Positions 31,301 to 41,083 of a stretch of 64,000 nucleotides of DNA are shown piece after piece. The stretch is from a virus. Lineage: Duplodnaviria > Caudoviricetes. The DNA lies in IMG/VR virus record IMGVR_UViG_3300037249_000287, positions 1 through 64,000 of that record. One strand, written 5' to 3'. The translations under genes and the position numbers were made by a program. The notes under the pieces were generated by a model that saw only the letters and a program-made list of their open reading frames with translations, made no database searches and was not told the origin of the DNA. Numbering within the stretch: the stretch's first letter is position 1; each line of letters starts with the position of its first letter.

Positions 31301-34300
31301 TGGTGCAAGCCAGAGAAAGAGTGAAAACGCGGATGTTTTAATTGCAAGCATTCACGAAACGCAACGCGCTATGCAAGAGATTCAAAAGCAAATGTCGCGT
31401 CCAGTAAACCTCGCAAACGCATTGGCTTTGCCTGAAAAAACAATCGACGACATTTCTTACAAGGTGCAAATGCTTAGAGCGTATGCACAAGGCATTAATA
31501 TTGAAACAAACGCTGGAAATGAAGAGTTGCGTCGTGTAATGTCTACTATTGAAAATCTAAATGACGGACTAAAAAACGCTCAAAAGACAACAAAGCAGAT
31601 TACAATAGAGTCAAATGGTATTAAGTTTGACAATATTGCAAAAATGCCAGCGGATGGGCTAAAACAGGTTGGTGAAAAAATTAAAGAGGTTAAGCAATAC
31701 ATTAACGAACTTAAAAACCAACCAATTGTTGATGAAAAGAACCTTAAACGTACGGAGGCTTTGTATGATAGGCTTATTAAGCAGTCTCAAAAACTCAACG
31801 ACACGAAAGGTACTCATTCAAACGTCAACGACGCGCTGAATGTTCGTGTAAAAACGCTTGATGAGATTACAAAGAAAATGCAACGACTGCAAGCCATTCG
31901 CCAGAACCTTGACATAAACAAACAAAAGGCAGATATAGACAGAATTAATGCGGCTTTAGGTGAACTAAAAAAACAACAAGACGAAGTTTTGCAACGCAAT
32001 GCAAATATGATTAAGAGTAACAATACTCTTGGCCGTTCTTGGAACTATATGAAAAATCGTCTTGCATTCTATTTTACAGTTGGTGCAAGTACGCAGTTCA
32101 TCAAGAATCTTATTGAAGTCCGTTCGCAATATGAGATGAACGAAAAAGCGCTTGGCATTTTGCTTGACAGCGCATCGCGTGGCACTCGTATTTTTAATGA
32201 GTTATCACAGATGTCGTTGGTTTCTCCGTATACGCTTATTGAACTTTCAAGTGCTGCAAAACAGTTGACTGCTTATGATATTGCCGCAAAGGACGTTGTT
32301 GACACGACAAGGCGTTTGGCTGACATGGCAAGTGCGGTTGGTGTTCCTGTAGAACGTTTGACTTATGCACTTGGTCAGATTAAGGCATACGGTTATCTAA
32401 ACTCACGCGATGCACGTATGTTTGCCAATGCTGGTATTCCGCTTGTTAAGCAACTTGCAGACTATTATTCGGAACTGGAAGGAAAGATGGTTAGCACCGC
32501 CGATGTATATGACCGAATGAAAAAGAAGGCCATCGACTACAACGATGTTATGAAAGTTGTAACAAAGATGACAGACGAAGGAGGAAAATTCTTTGATTTC
32601 CAAGCAAAGATGGCTGATACACTCAAGGTTCGTCTTGCAAACCTTACGTTGGCGTGGAACAACATGCTTAACGAATTAGGAAAAAGCAACCAAGGAACTC
32701 TTACAACTGGAATAAAATCGCTGACTGTTATATTTAGACATTGGCGCGAAATATACAGGATTTTATCAACACTGATTGTTGCATTGGGTGCTTATAAGGT
32801 TGCGACAATGCTTGCTGGAATGACAACAAAATCATCTATTGGTAGTAGTGCTGTTGCGTCTTGGCTCAGTCTTGCAAAAGGTGTAAAAAGCGCAAAGGAC
32901 GCAGTTGCTTTGTTTAGTCTTACAGTAAAATCAATTCCTTTTACAGGATGGGTTACGATGATTGCCACTCTTGCGTCATATTTCTATCTGTTCAACAATT
33001 CAACGGACGGTTTAAAACAGAAACTTGAAGACATCGCAACAGCATTTGATGGTGTAAGAAAAGAAATCACCGACCTTTATGCGGATGCCTTGAAATCCGA
33101 CAGCATTGGCTCGCAATTAACAAAGTTGCGTGACATGCTTGAACTTGCACAAACGGAATTAGGTGTAACTATTCCTATTAAACTTGAGGAGGTGAACGAA
33201 GGTAATGTCAAACAAAAACTTAAAGAGGTTAAAGATATAATAGACAATTATCTTAATTTCTCGCAAGAATTTTCCGAAGCGGCGGCTGGAACAAAATTCA
33301 ACGAGTTAATGAATGAGTTTGGCGCAAACGCAAGGTCTACATACACTGGCATATCGGAGTCGATAAACACTGTGGTTGTCGCTCTTCAAGACCTTGTTGA
33401 TAAAGGTAATGCAAGCAAGCGGGACATCGAAATACTTAACGAACTAACTTCTGGTCAAAAAGAAGATGAATCTCGCATAGAATACTTACAGCGTCTTGTA
33501 CGTCTTTACGAAGAACTTGGGTTAGTTGGTAAAAAAGTTACAACACCATCGCTTTCGTTCTTTAGTTCTTCCACAGACAACATGAACGAACTCACAGAGA
33601 AACAAAGTGAACAACTTGACAGACTTGGCATAAAAAACAAGCAGGTCTTTGAAAATATGCTCAAGGATGTTCAAGGCTACTACAGTTCGTCATCAATTGC
33701 ACAATATCAATTTGAACAACAGGTAGAGCGTGTTGCAAAAAGAATTGACATAAACAATATACCAGTAGAGCAGCGAACATTGAAACTTAGTGCTGCCATA
33801 AACGAAGAAGCGTCGTTAAACAATTGGAATCAATTTGAAAAAGAATTTGCAAGACAAGTTGCTAACGAAAAGTTTGGTACTACGATTGAGATTTCCGACG
33901 AATCAAAGGGTGTTGCAGAACAAGACCTAAAGGATTGGCAAAAAAAGCAACAGGAATGGGCTGCAAAAAATGGCATAACGATACCAATCAATTTTCAAAC
34001 AAACGACACAGAAATTTCTTACGCTAAACGTATGCTTCAAGCGGCAAAAGACGCTAAAGAAGAGGTTGAGGTACAGCAAAGGAAACTTGCCGTTGGCACT
34101 GGTTCTCAAGATGCTGTAGATGCTGCAAAAAAGGCTTACGAAAACGCAAGGATTCTTGCTAAAAACGCAGGTGCAGACCTTGAACAACTTGATAAAAAAG
34201 CGAATGCAGCAGCAAGGAAAGCGGCAAAAGCAGCAGAAACAGAACTTTCTAAGGCATTAAAAGACGAACTTTCAACCATCGAAAAAGTTCGTTCTATCTA

Positions 34301-37034
34301 CAAAGAACTTACAAAAGAAGGTGCTTCTCATGCTGATGCAATAAAATCAGCAACTGAGGGATGGGAAGAAACAGTCAATGCCATCAACAAGGTTTTGAAT
34401 AAAAATGGATTAAAAGGCTTAAACCTGAGTGATTTTGTTGGTGTTGAAAATCCAAGAGAAATATTAAACGCATTACAATCGCAGCTTGACGAAATGGTTA
34501 AGCGTGGCGCTAAACCAGCAGAAATAAAAGTTCTTCAAGAAAAGATTAAAACAATAAAAGTTGATGCTGAAAAGTACGACCTCACCAAGATTACCAAGGG
34601 TTTAAACAATGAACTTGACCGTCTAAAAGACGAGTATGAGTTGGCTGTTTCGTTGGATGCCGACCCAGAGTTGGGTAATATGTTTGCCGACTGGATGGGT
34701 ATTGATGTAAACGATTTGCCAAGAACCGCAAGCGAGTATGCAGAGCGTGCATCAAAGATACTAAATAGTGAGCTTAAAAACTTAGGGGCAAAGACAGAAC
34801 TTCCAAGCGTGCTCAATATTACGGATGACGATATGCGTGCGTTTGAAGAAAACAAAGTCTTTACGGACAAACAGCTTGAACTTGTCAAAAAGGCAGTTGA
34901 AGCCGCAAGAGGTTTTCAGAGAAAAGAAACGGAGGAAAGAATCAAGGATTGGGACAAGTTGCTTGAAAAGTATGCTGAATACGAAACAAAGGTCAATAAG
35001 ATTCAAAATGATGCCGTTAAGGAGCGTGTAACGTTTGCGCAACAGTTTGGAAATGATGAAGAAAAGAGTTTAGCGCTTAACCTGCAAACTCAGATTCTTG
35101 CTGCTACAGACCCACAAGAGAAGCAAAAGTTAATCCAACAATTGCAAGAACTTGTAAAGAGCATTGCGGGTGATGATAAAGCAAAGTTGAATATTGTCGC
35201 ATCAATCAACACTGGTGAGGCAAGAAATCTGGCAAAGAATGATTTTGAAAACTTCCAGAAATCACCCGAATGGATTACCGCCACTGGTGAACTTTCTGGT
35301 ATGACCAACAAAGCTATCAATGGATTGATTGCGAGTTTGGAAAAGTACAAGAAATCGGCAAAGAATCTTGACCCAAAGCAGATTAAGAACATAAACAATG
35401 CGCTAAAGAACCTATACAAGGAGCAACGCAAGAACAATCCTTTCGGTGCTATTGCCAATATGCTCGACAAAGCAAAGGAGCGCATGGATGATGTTTTGCC
35501 AGAAATGGTGTCTATAGTATCAAAGATAGATGCAATTGTAAGCAAAATCAACACTGGTGAAGCTACCGAAGAGCAAATTAAAGAACTTGAAGAATTAAAA
35601 GAACGTTTAGTGCAACTCTCCAAGGTTGGAGAAGTTTCAGCATCTGAATGGGTTGATTCTATAATGTCCGTTTACGGTGCTATCAAAGGTGCAATTAGTC
35701 TTTTCGATGACTTGGCGAAAGCCATTGGTGGAAGCAACGCATCTGATATAGACAAGCTGTTTAGTGTTCTTGATAAAGCAGGTCAAGGCGCACAGGTTGG
35801 TGCTGCTTTTGGAGGTTATGGCGCGGCAATAGGTGCTGTTGTTGGCGCAGCTACTGGTTTCATTGAAACGTTTGCAGAGGAATTTAGCGGGAACAAGTCG
35901 ATAACTGAAAAAATTGAACGCTCAACACGCGAAGTTAAGAATCTTGAACTTGCTTATATAGATTTACAACAAGCAGTTGATAGGGCTTATGGGACTGCTG
36001 TTATTGGCGCAAGACATGCAACTTTAGCAAATAAAGAATTACAGCTTGCGGAGTTGCAGCGTCAGATACAGCTTGAAAAGACGCGAAAATCAAAGTATCG
36101 TGATAATGAAAAGATTCTTGAATTAGAAAAACAATACAAGGAATTGTTCTATGAAATACAAAACGGCTACAGGGAACTTGTTGATGACCTTATGGGTACT
36201 GATGTTGCCAGTTTCGCCGAAAACCTTGTATCTTCAATGATTGATGCTTTCAAGCAAGGTGAGGACTATATGCAGGTGTTCAGCGACAAGTTTGACGAAA
36301 TGATTGACAATATGATTATGAAGTCGATTGTCAGCCGTGTTGTTTCTCAATATCTTGACCAAATATGGGATAGTATAGACCAAAGGATTAATGAACGTTC
36401 CAAAAAAGAAAGTGAAGAATACGCAAAGGCGCAAGAAATATCGCGTGAAGTTGAGCAAAAATCAGACGAGCAGATAAGGCAAACCATAGCACTTTTGAAT
36501 GGAGATGGTGGCGCGTTAATCGGATATTACAAGAATCCTATATCACAAGAAATGATTGATGAATACAGGAGGTCGGCGATAGAAGAAGAAAAGGCTGCAA
36601 AAGCACGCCTTGACGCAGCTTCCGCATTTACTGGCTCTGACGTTGACTACATTATGGGTAGAATAACAGAGGTTATGCCAGAGTTAGGCCAAAAGTTGAA
36701 AGATATTCTTGGTGAATATTACAAATTTGGCGAAAGTTCGGAAACACAGTTGTCTGCGCTGCAACAGGGATTACAGGGCGTGAGCGAGGAAACGGCTGGG
36801 GCTGTCGAAGCTTATCTCAACGGTATGTCGCAGCAGGCTTATCTTAGAAACGATTTGCTTACTCAAATTCGAGACACGATAATGTCATTCGATATGGATG
36901 TTCAACTTGGCGTATTCTCGCAAATGTTGTTGCAATTACAAAATAACTACATCGTTATGCAATCAATGCAATCAATGATGGAGAATTGGACTGTTCCAAG
37001 TGGAAATGGTATTCGCGTAGAATTATTATCTTAA
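28353..37034 (+). CDS. Tape measure protein
   Basis: 2893 aa helical; SPYTLIELSSAAKQLTAY...LGQIKAYG tape-measure domain. Confidence 0.9.
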   Translation: MADTSATIIAASLNSDDLEKSINKLVETVATKTKAMADNFTSEVKRMEQAVKNLGNIKIDSGGTADGGSAKRAAGFEKLQKSVNDASASLQKHQNELVTLKNVLGSAQEQENSFLQAKQNAANTISKENELLQRQEQELANLKSQQSSFVGTNQQTTASIDKQRESVANLKNEVKYWQSVVSQMQSGDKKLRFNSLWLGDTTSKQGHDILDVANKLYSIMQKLGMETEKGSASTSQAVRAAEELAKYYKISREEAEKLILSVQESPLARGKYTTHYDTRFGLDNLTMQQKTIDDFALRKELAQGKLTFETDNLTLANKRLEESEKAVASASSQRSQLDSQIAAKEKEIAETKVRITAATKEQSDAEKNASQASQVRANVESKIVAQEKIISDTRQQLTSATKALADAEKQTADGGSSRRTSKQKEEEMQAKATTQAYKEQKTVVGELAMSFDNLNTAITKSNSKLAAKFDVTEQQKVQQLEAQRTAIEDKIVARQIEIDESYRSQLATLSKTRSELESKANLTSKEQADLKHVATEWERINKIVHDISNRPIVATDDTTGNLGRLQQQLIETNKQLDESRKRIQEMNFERAKMYDGSLSGLVQNAQATMKYQNDTLKKSFEDLLKKPTHDVDEMRAKMERLQTFLNNIKPLNIFSPELIANGERAINKLKNEIQKFNDKPTKQAFADALKLPDRTQSEIITKINRIRDAIKGVEGTKIVSETEIARAKSLIDSLRDKWDKLYNAPKDRKLRIEFADALKMPTNNIDEIAAKLMRLQWILQEMRGMQILSPDKIATGNQQISVLLSKLEAEMSLRQQINAVEQADMQNTQKRIELEAKYGEEVARAAKIANDWLQKNKEATILNKEGTFVIRDPKEGQIVGQSIEAQLLAYKAINGELNLELEVQKAIANTVNSIAQAEQRRQIQAQAQPAANKSFADYEDLRTAIAAVLRIRENEVSLANSEDASYRALSLTLKQLKQAYESLGASQRKSENADVLIASIHETQRAMQEIQKQMSRPVNLANALALPEKTIDDISYKVQMLRAYAQGINIETNAGNEELRRVMSTIENLNDGLKNAQKTTKQITIESNGIKFDNIAKMPADGLKQVGEKIKEVKQYINELKNQPIVDEKNLKRTEALYDRLIKQSQKLNDTKGTHSNVNDALNVRVKTLDEITKKMQRLQAIRQNLDINKQKADIDRINAALGELKKQQDEVLQRNANMIKSNNTLGRSWNYMKNRLAFYFTVGASTQFIKNLIEVRSQYEMNEKALGILLDSASRGTRIFNELSQMSLVSPYTLIELSSAAKQLTAYDIAAKDVVDTTRRLADMASAVGVPVERLTYALGQIKAYGYLNSRDARMFANAGIPLVKQLADYYSELEGKMVSTADVYDRMKKKAIDYNDVMKVVTKMTDEGGKFFDFQAKMADTLKVRLANLTLAWNNMLNELGKSNQGTLTTGIKSLTVIFRHWREIYRILSTLIVALGAYKVATMLAGMTTKSSIGSSAVASWLSLAKGVKSAKDAVALFSLTVKSIPFTGWVTMIATLASYFYLFNNSTDGLKQKLEDIATAFDGVRKEITDLYADALKSDSIGSQLTKLRDMLELAQTELGVTIPIKLEEVNEGNVKQKLKEVKDIIDNYLNFSQEFSEAAAGTKFNELMNEFGANARSTYTGISESINTVVVALQDLVDKGNASKRDIEILNELTSGQKEDESRIEYLQRLVRLYEELGLVGKKVTTPSLSFFSSSTDNMNELTEKQSEQLDRLGIKNKQVFENMLKDVQGYYSSSSIAQYQFEQQVERVAKRIDINNIPVEQRTLKLSAAINEEASLNNWNQFEKEFARQVANEKFGTTIEISDESKGVAEQDLKDWQKKQQEWAAKNGITIPINFQTNDTEISYAKRMLQAAKDAKEEVEVQQRKLAVGTGSQDAVDAAKKAYENARILAKNAGADLEQLDKKANAAARKAAKAAETELSKALKDELSTIEKVRSIYKELTKEGASHADAIKSATEGWEETVNAINKVLNKNGLKGLNLSDFVGVENPREILNALQSQLDEMVKRGAKPAEIKVLQEKIKTIKVDAEKYDLTKITKGLNNELDRLKDEYELAVSLDADPELGNMFADWMGIDVNDLPRTASEYAERASKILNSELKNLGAKTELPSVLNITDDDMRAFEENKVFTDKQLELVKKAVEAARGFQRKETEERIKDWDKLLEKYAEYETKVNKIQNDAVKERVTFAQQFGNDEEKSLALNLQTQILAATDPQEKQKLIQQLQELVKSIAGDDKAKLNIVASINTGEARNLAKNDFENFQKSPEWITATGELSGMTNKAINGLIASLEKYKKSAKNLDPKQIKNINNALKNLYKEQRKNNPFGAIANMLDKAKERMDDVLPEMVSIVSKIDAIVSKINTGEATEEQIKELEELKERLVQLSKVGEVSASEWVDSIMSVYGAIKGAISLFDDLAKAIGGSNASDIDKLFSVLDKAGQGAQVGAAFGGYGAAIGAVVGAATGFIETFAEEFSGNKSITEKIERSTREVKNLELAYIDLQQAVDRAYGTAVIGARHATLANKELQLAELQRQIQLEKTRKSKYRDNEKILELEKQYKELFYEIQNGYRELVDDLMGTDVASFAENLVSSMIDAFKQGEDYMQVFSDKFDEMIDNMIMKSIVSRVVSQYLDQIWDSIDQRINERSKKESEEYAKAQEISREVEQKSDEQIRQTIALLNGDGGALIGYYKNPISQEMIDEYRRSAIEEEKAAKARLDAASAFTGSDVDYIMGRITEVMPELGQKLKDILGEYYKFGESSETQLSALQQGLQGVSEETAGAVEAYLNGMSQQAYLRNDLLTQIRDTIMSFDMDVQLGVFSQMLLQLQNNYIVMQSMQSMMENWTVPSGNGIRVELLS

Positions 37035-37072
37035 ATAACTTAAAAGGATTTGGATATGTTTAGGATATTGTG

Positions 37073-37160
37073 TATCTTTGCATTGTGGATAGGGTGGTTT
37101 GGCCACCATCCGATAAAGGGCAAGTCTGTCGCCCTTTCCACAATTTCAATGACAGACATT
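37073..37160 (+). promoter_or_regulatory. Promoter plus structured leader of HNH gene
   Basis: TTTG 37049-52, 20 nt, TATCTTTGCA; two hairpins; loop GTCTGTC complementary to GACAGAC overlapping ATG 37149. Confidence 0.55.
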
Positions 37161-38006
37161 ATTAAAAGAACAGGCAATATGACAAAGATGAAACCTTTAG
37201 CACAAGTGCTAAAAGAATTTAGAGACGTTCATGGTGATAGGTATATCTACACGAACGTCAATGACACAAATTACAGTGGAGGAAAAAGTGTTATTCCTGT
37301 TATTTGTAGCAAGCATGGCTTATTTCCGATACGTGTTGAAAATCATTTACACGGGCAAGGATGCCCTGAATGTGCTAAGATAAAACGCAGAATAAGCAAC
37401 ACTGGCAATGCGCGCAAAAGAACCAAACTTGTGTACGGTGTTGGCGTAAACGATTATAAAGGAAACACAAAATACAACCATGTACATATACCATCTTATC
37501 ACACATGGGGGCAAATGCTAAAAAGGTGTTATTCAAAAGAATTTTTAGATAAACAACCAACTTATCGTGGATGTTTTGTTTGCGAGGAATGGTGGTCGTT
37601 CTCAAACTTTAAGAAGTGGTTTGACGAGAACTATATCGAAGGGTACAGTTTGGATAAGGATATTTTATTTAAGGGGAATAAAATTTATTCTCCAGAAACT
37701 TGCTGTTTCGTACCTAACGAGATAAACGTTCTATTGTGTAAGAGTGATGCAAAAAGAGGGAAAATGCCAATTGGTGTGTACGAAAGAAAACTTGTAAATG
37801 GTAGCAGTTATATGGCATATCTTAACAAGAATGGATGTCGTATAAATCTTGGTACATTTTACTCAGTAGAAGAGGCTTTCAAAGTCTACAAGCAAGCAAA
37901 GGAAGCCCACATTAAGGATATGGCAACCCAATACTACAAAGACGGCAAAATCACAAAGAAAGTGTATGATGCCTTAATGAAGTACGAGGTTGAAATTACA
38001 GACTAA
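37149..38006 (+). CDS. Free-standing HNH-type homing endonuclease with N-terminal Zn-ribbon and C-terminal AP2-like domain
   Basis: CSKHG...GCPEC; WGQMLKRCY...CEEW..FSNF...LDKDIL; RINLGTFYSVEEA; start could alternatively be 37179. Confidence 0.8.
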   Translation: MTDIIKRTGNMTKMKPLAQVLKEFRDVHGDRYIYTNVNDTNYSGGKSVIPVICSKHGLFPIRVENHLHGQGCPECAKIKRRISNTGNARKRTKLVYGVGVNDYKGNTKYNHVHIPSYHTWGQMLKRCYSKEFLDKQPTYRGCFVCEEWWSFSNFKKWFDENYIEGYSLDKDILFKGNKIYSPETCCFVPNEINVLLCKSDAKRGKMPIGVYERKLVNGSSYMAYLNKNGCRINLGTFYSVEEAFKVYKQAKEAHIKDMATQYYKDGKITKKVYDALMKYEVEITD

Positions 38007-38045
38007 TTATTTGGAAGTAAGAAAAATAATAACTATCTTTGCAAC

Positions 38046-38645
38046 ATGGATAGACAGATGTTAGAATTTCAGCGCAATGCTCTGTTGGGAAAAATCTCAG
38101 CAGAGCCATTGTGCGCACAATACAAGGCTGCTTGGCGTTCGTGTGGTGATGACAAGGATATGCTTGTTGGTCTTGCAATGCAACAGCAAAGCATACCTTA
38201 TTTCAGCTATGCTTGTTATGAGCATCTTGGCCTTACTAAAGATTATATAAAAAAGAATTTTGGCGATTATATCAACGGAAATAAAACCCTTTGTGATGTA
38301 GATGGTGTTAAGGGTTACACATATCAGCTATACGTTGATTTTAGCGACGATTTTAAGGCAGTAGCAGACGTTACGAGCTTTATGTGGTGTGATAACCCGA
38401 CAGTTGAGATTGAAGCCTGCAAATGTCCTGTATTTTACGTTTCAAACAATAGTGACGTGCATTTCGTGCTTGATGGTTACAATTCGATAAGGATATACTT
38501 GTTTGACGAAAGTAATGTTTTTATAGATGATTCTGATGATACGTGCGACATTATAGTTTACAAATACGGCAATAAGGCTAAAGTTGAGATTGGCAAGTAC
38601 TGCCTTGGTAAAGTTAAGATATTCAATAAAGCGTTAAGGTTATGA
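38046..38645 (+). CDS. Hypothetical tail-module protein
   Basis: 199-aa ORF; -7 element at 38034-38043 just upstream. Confidence 0.65.
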   Translation: MDRQMLEFQRNALLGKISAEPLCAQYKAAWRSCGDDKDMLVGLAMQQQSIPYFSYACYEHLGLTKDYIKKNFGDYINGNKTLCDVDGVKGYTYQLYVDFSDDFKAVADVTSFMWCDNPTVEIEACKCPVFYVSNNSDVHFVLDGYNSIRIYLFDESNVFIDDSDDTCDIIVYKYGNKAKVEIGKYCLGKVKIFNKALRL

Positions 38646-39124
38646 ACAATTCAGCAAACAAATATTTCATAAGAAACACTGATGGAGGTGCGTTTCAGGA
38701 TATAACAACACTTTTTGACGGTGTCGCTATATTAAAGGTTGACGGTATGCTTGCAAAAGGCAAACCAGTTAATATATACACCGCTCAGTGGATAGATTCA
38801 CAAGAAGAGGATTTTCTTATAACTGCTACAGATGAACATGAAAACCCTATTGTGATACGTGAAAATGTCGATATAGAAATAACGTTTATCATTCGGCAAA
38901 AGTATGCAAGTGCAACTATAAACGTTCTGTCCGTTCATGATAGCTTTATAAACTACATGACGGGAAGTGATGTTTGGATAAAATCATCTTATGTCGGAAA
39001 CAAATATGTGCATTGTGTGTGTTTGTCTGAATACAGCCCAACCACTGTATCTTTGCAGCGTGGCGACAATTCATACATTATGGGTACGATAAAGCTTCAC
39101 ACGCTTGACACACAACATGTATAG
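38642..39124 (+). CDS. Putative distal tail (Dit-like) protein
   Basis: 160 aa, last gene of tail operon after tape measure. Confidence 0.45.
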   Translation: MNNSANKYFIRNTDGGAFQDITTLFDGVAILKVDGMLAKGKPVNIYTAQWIDSQEEDFLITATDEHENPIVIRENVDIEITFIIRQKYASATINVLSVHDSFINYMTGSDVWIKSSYVGNKYVHCVCLSEYSPTTVSLQRGDNSYIMGTIKLHTLDTQHV

Positions 39125-39160
39125 GAAATTAACTGGACTCATCTTTTTTCATACTGATAA

Positions 39161-39197
39161 AAAAAGCCACAGAATCCGTGACGGACTAAGTGGCTTT
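39161..39197. terminator. Probable bidirectional terminator between convergent operons
   Basis: AAAAAGCCAC...GTGGCTTT stem with inner TCCG/CGGA. Confidence 0.65.
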
Positions 39198-39221
39198 ATA
39201 ATGAATAAAGAAAAGCGATAG

Positions 39222-39599
39222 TTAAAAGAAATATTTCCACCAAGGTTTGCTTCTTTCGCATTCAAGGGCAAGTTGGATATTTTCTTTTTCAGTCTGTAGT
39301 CCCGCAATGGTATCGTTAAGATTTACTATTTTCTGGCTCAGTTCCCTAACTTGTGACTGCAAGCCAGAAATTGTTTTGTTCTTTTCGTCAATTTCTGCGA
39401 GTGCCTTTTCGTACAAAGAATCTCCTTCAAGGTTTAGCTGTTTGAGATGTTCGATACGTTCATTCAATTGTTTGTTGCGCCCTTTTAGCCCAGATGATAC
39501 TTTTTTGTAATGTTCAAGGTCGGCGCACAATGCGGAGTTATCCGCATCCATTAATGCGATACGTTGTTCCAAATCTTTGATTTTTTCCTCTTGTGTCAT
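39222..39599 (-). CDS. Coiled-coil hypothetical protein
   Basis: 125 aa heptad pattern, ends KPWWKYFF. Confidence 0.65.
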   Translation of the reverse strand: MTQEEKIKDLEQRIALMDADNSALCADLEHYKKVSSGLKGRNKQLNERIEHLKQLNLEGDSLYEKALAEIDEKNKTISGLQSQVRELSQKIVNLNDTIAGLQTEKENIQLALECERSKPWWKYFF

Positions 39600-39649
39600 A
39601 ATTACATGTAATTTTAAAAGTTAGACATATTATTTGTTGTAACGTTACA

Positions 39650-40051
39650 TTAAAAGTCTGGTTGGTTGTACGCCTCTAAGTCTGGATGCTCGTCTGTGCT
39701 ACCCATCGACTCTTTTATCATCTTTTGTTCTTGCTTGACGTTGTATCTTGGGTATGAAAACATGTTACATGTCTGTCCTATTACCGAATAGCCCTCTATT
39801 ATTTGGCCATGTTCTATCACATAGGGAACTATGTCGCCTTTTACTTCAACAAGCATTCCTTTGCCAAAGTGTGTTGTGAGGTATTTGATAAAATACCCCT
39901 TGAATATCACTTTCCAAGAATGGTACTTGTCTTCGACAATAGTTCCATCCGATTTCTTATATCCTTTTTTGTATTCAGACAAAAACAATATGCAAGAATC
40001 TGGTAGTACTTTTATTGCGTCAACAAAACCTATTACACTAAATGCGGCCAT
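39650..40051 (-). CDS. Single-stranded DNA-binding protein (OB fold)
   Basis: SWKVIFKG...FGKGMLVEVKGDI SSB pattern with acidic tail; start re-set to 40051. Confidence 0.6.
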   Translation of the reverse strand: MAAFSVIGFVDAIKVLPDSCILFLSEYKKGYKKSDGTIVEDKYHSWKVIFKGYFIKYLTTHFGKGMLVEVKGDIVPYVIEHGQIIEGYSVIGQTCNMFSYPRYNVKQEQKMIKESMGSTDEHPDLEAYNQPDF

Positions 40052-40056
40052 AATGT

Positions 40057-40257
40057 TTATAGTTTTTGTTCGTAATACCCACATGCGTTGTCGTGGGCTT
40101 TAATTGTTTTATATCCGCTTTTACTTCTTGCGGATGGCTGTTTGATGCAATACACTTGACGTGAAGTTGAATTTTTGTTAGGAAATTCACTTCGGTGATA
40201 CACACAATGTAAGCAAAACTTGTTTGGCGTTATTTTTTTTATTAGCACTTCTTCCAT
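40057..40257 (-). CDS. Small Cys-rich hypothetical protein
   Basis: CLHC...C...C pattern. Confidence 0.5.
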   Translation of the reverse strand: MEEVLIKKITPNKFCLHCVYHRSEFPNKNSTSRQVYCIKQPSARSKSGYKTIKAHDNACGYYEQKL

Positions 40258-40279
40258 GTTTGCAGGTTTTCATTTAAGG

Positions 40280-40364
40280 CACTTTTTGGCCGTTTTAAGC
40301 GCATTTCTATGCAATGGCGGTATAGTTAGCCACTGATGCAAAAGAATGTGCTTGTAGGGCTTTA
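40280..40364. repeat. ~85-bp quasi-palindromic intergenic element, copy 1
   Basis: Aligns with 47761-47846, 49161-49246, 61816-61891. Confidence 0.7.
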
Positions 40365-40664
40365 TTTTTGTTTATCCAATTCCATAATAGTCAAAACGCA
40401 GTAGTTGGCGATGTCCATAATGTTGTCCCGTAGGCTTTCGTCCTTGATGATGTTCATTTCTCTACCTTTAACCATATTCTTCACACGCTTTAGCTTGTCG
40501 TTGATGCGTGCAACTGCTGGTATGTAGCCAAACTCTTGAATTGTTTCGCTGAAACTATTGCCATAGTCGGCATTTTTTTTCTTGTACGTATCAAACATTT
40601 CGGAAAGGATTTTTCCAAACCTACTATTATCTGACTCCATGTTTTCTTCGTATTCTAATGTCAT
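40362..40664 (-). CDS. DUF1599 / nucleotide-modification-associated domain protein
   Basis: YKKKNADYGNSF...RINDKLKR...ESLRDNIMDIANY; start re-set to 40664 (ATGA overlap). Confidence 0.75.
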   Translation of the reverse strand: MTLEYEENMESDNSRFGKILSEMFDTYKKKNADYGNSFSETIQEFGYIPAVARINDKLKRVKNMVKGREMNIIKDESLRDNIMDIANYCVLTIMELDKQK

Positions 40665-41074
40665 TTTTCTTTTTCGTTTTCGTATTGAAACAGTAATCCG
40701 ACTATCGCACGGCACAGGTCATATTGCGACTTGCCTTTTGGTAATTTATCCCAATTATGGGAAAGCCAGTCAGCAAGTTTATCCATGCCACCAAGTTTAG
40801 ATAATGGCATTTCTTGAATATCACTTGCTTTAAGGCACATAAAACAGTCATAGAGATATTTACCAGTTGAATAGGACTTGCCATACATGTGTTTTGTAAC
40901 AACCCACACGCCTTCCTCCAAACCTTTGTCGGAACGCATAGACTGTGGCTCATAGATAATCTTCTTACCTCTTTGAACCTTTTTGTAAAGCACGTTGTCA
41001 AATGGCGGTTCAGGCTCTTGATAAGCCTGATACCTGCCATTCGGAAGCTTGACGTATAGTTTCTGTTTTTCCAT
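40661..41074 (-). CDS. Hypothetical protein
   Basis: ORF coupled to neighbours. Confidence 0.6.
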   Translation of the reverse strand: MEKQKLYVKLPNGRYQAYQEPEPPFDNVLYKKVQRGKKIIYEPQSMRSDKGLEEGVWVVTKHMYGKSYSTGKYLYDCFMCLKASDIQEMPLSKLGGMDKLADWLSHNWDKLPKGKSQYDLCRAIVGLLFQYENEKEK

Positions 41075-41083
41075 ACACCACAA

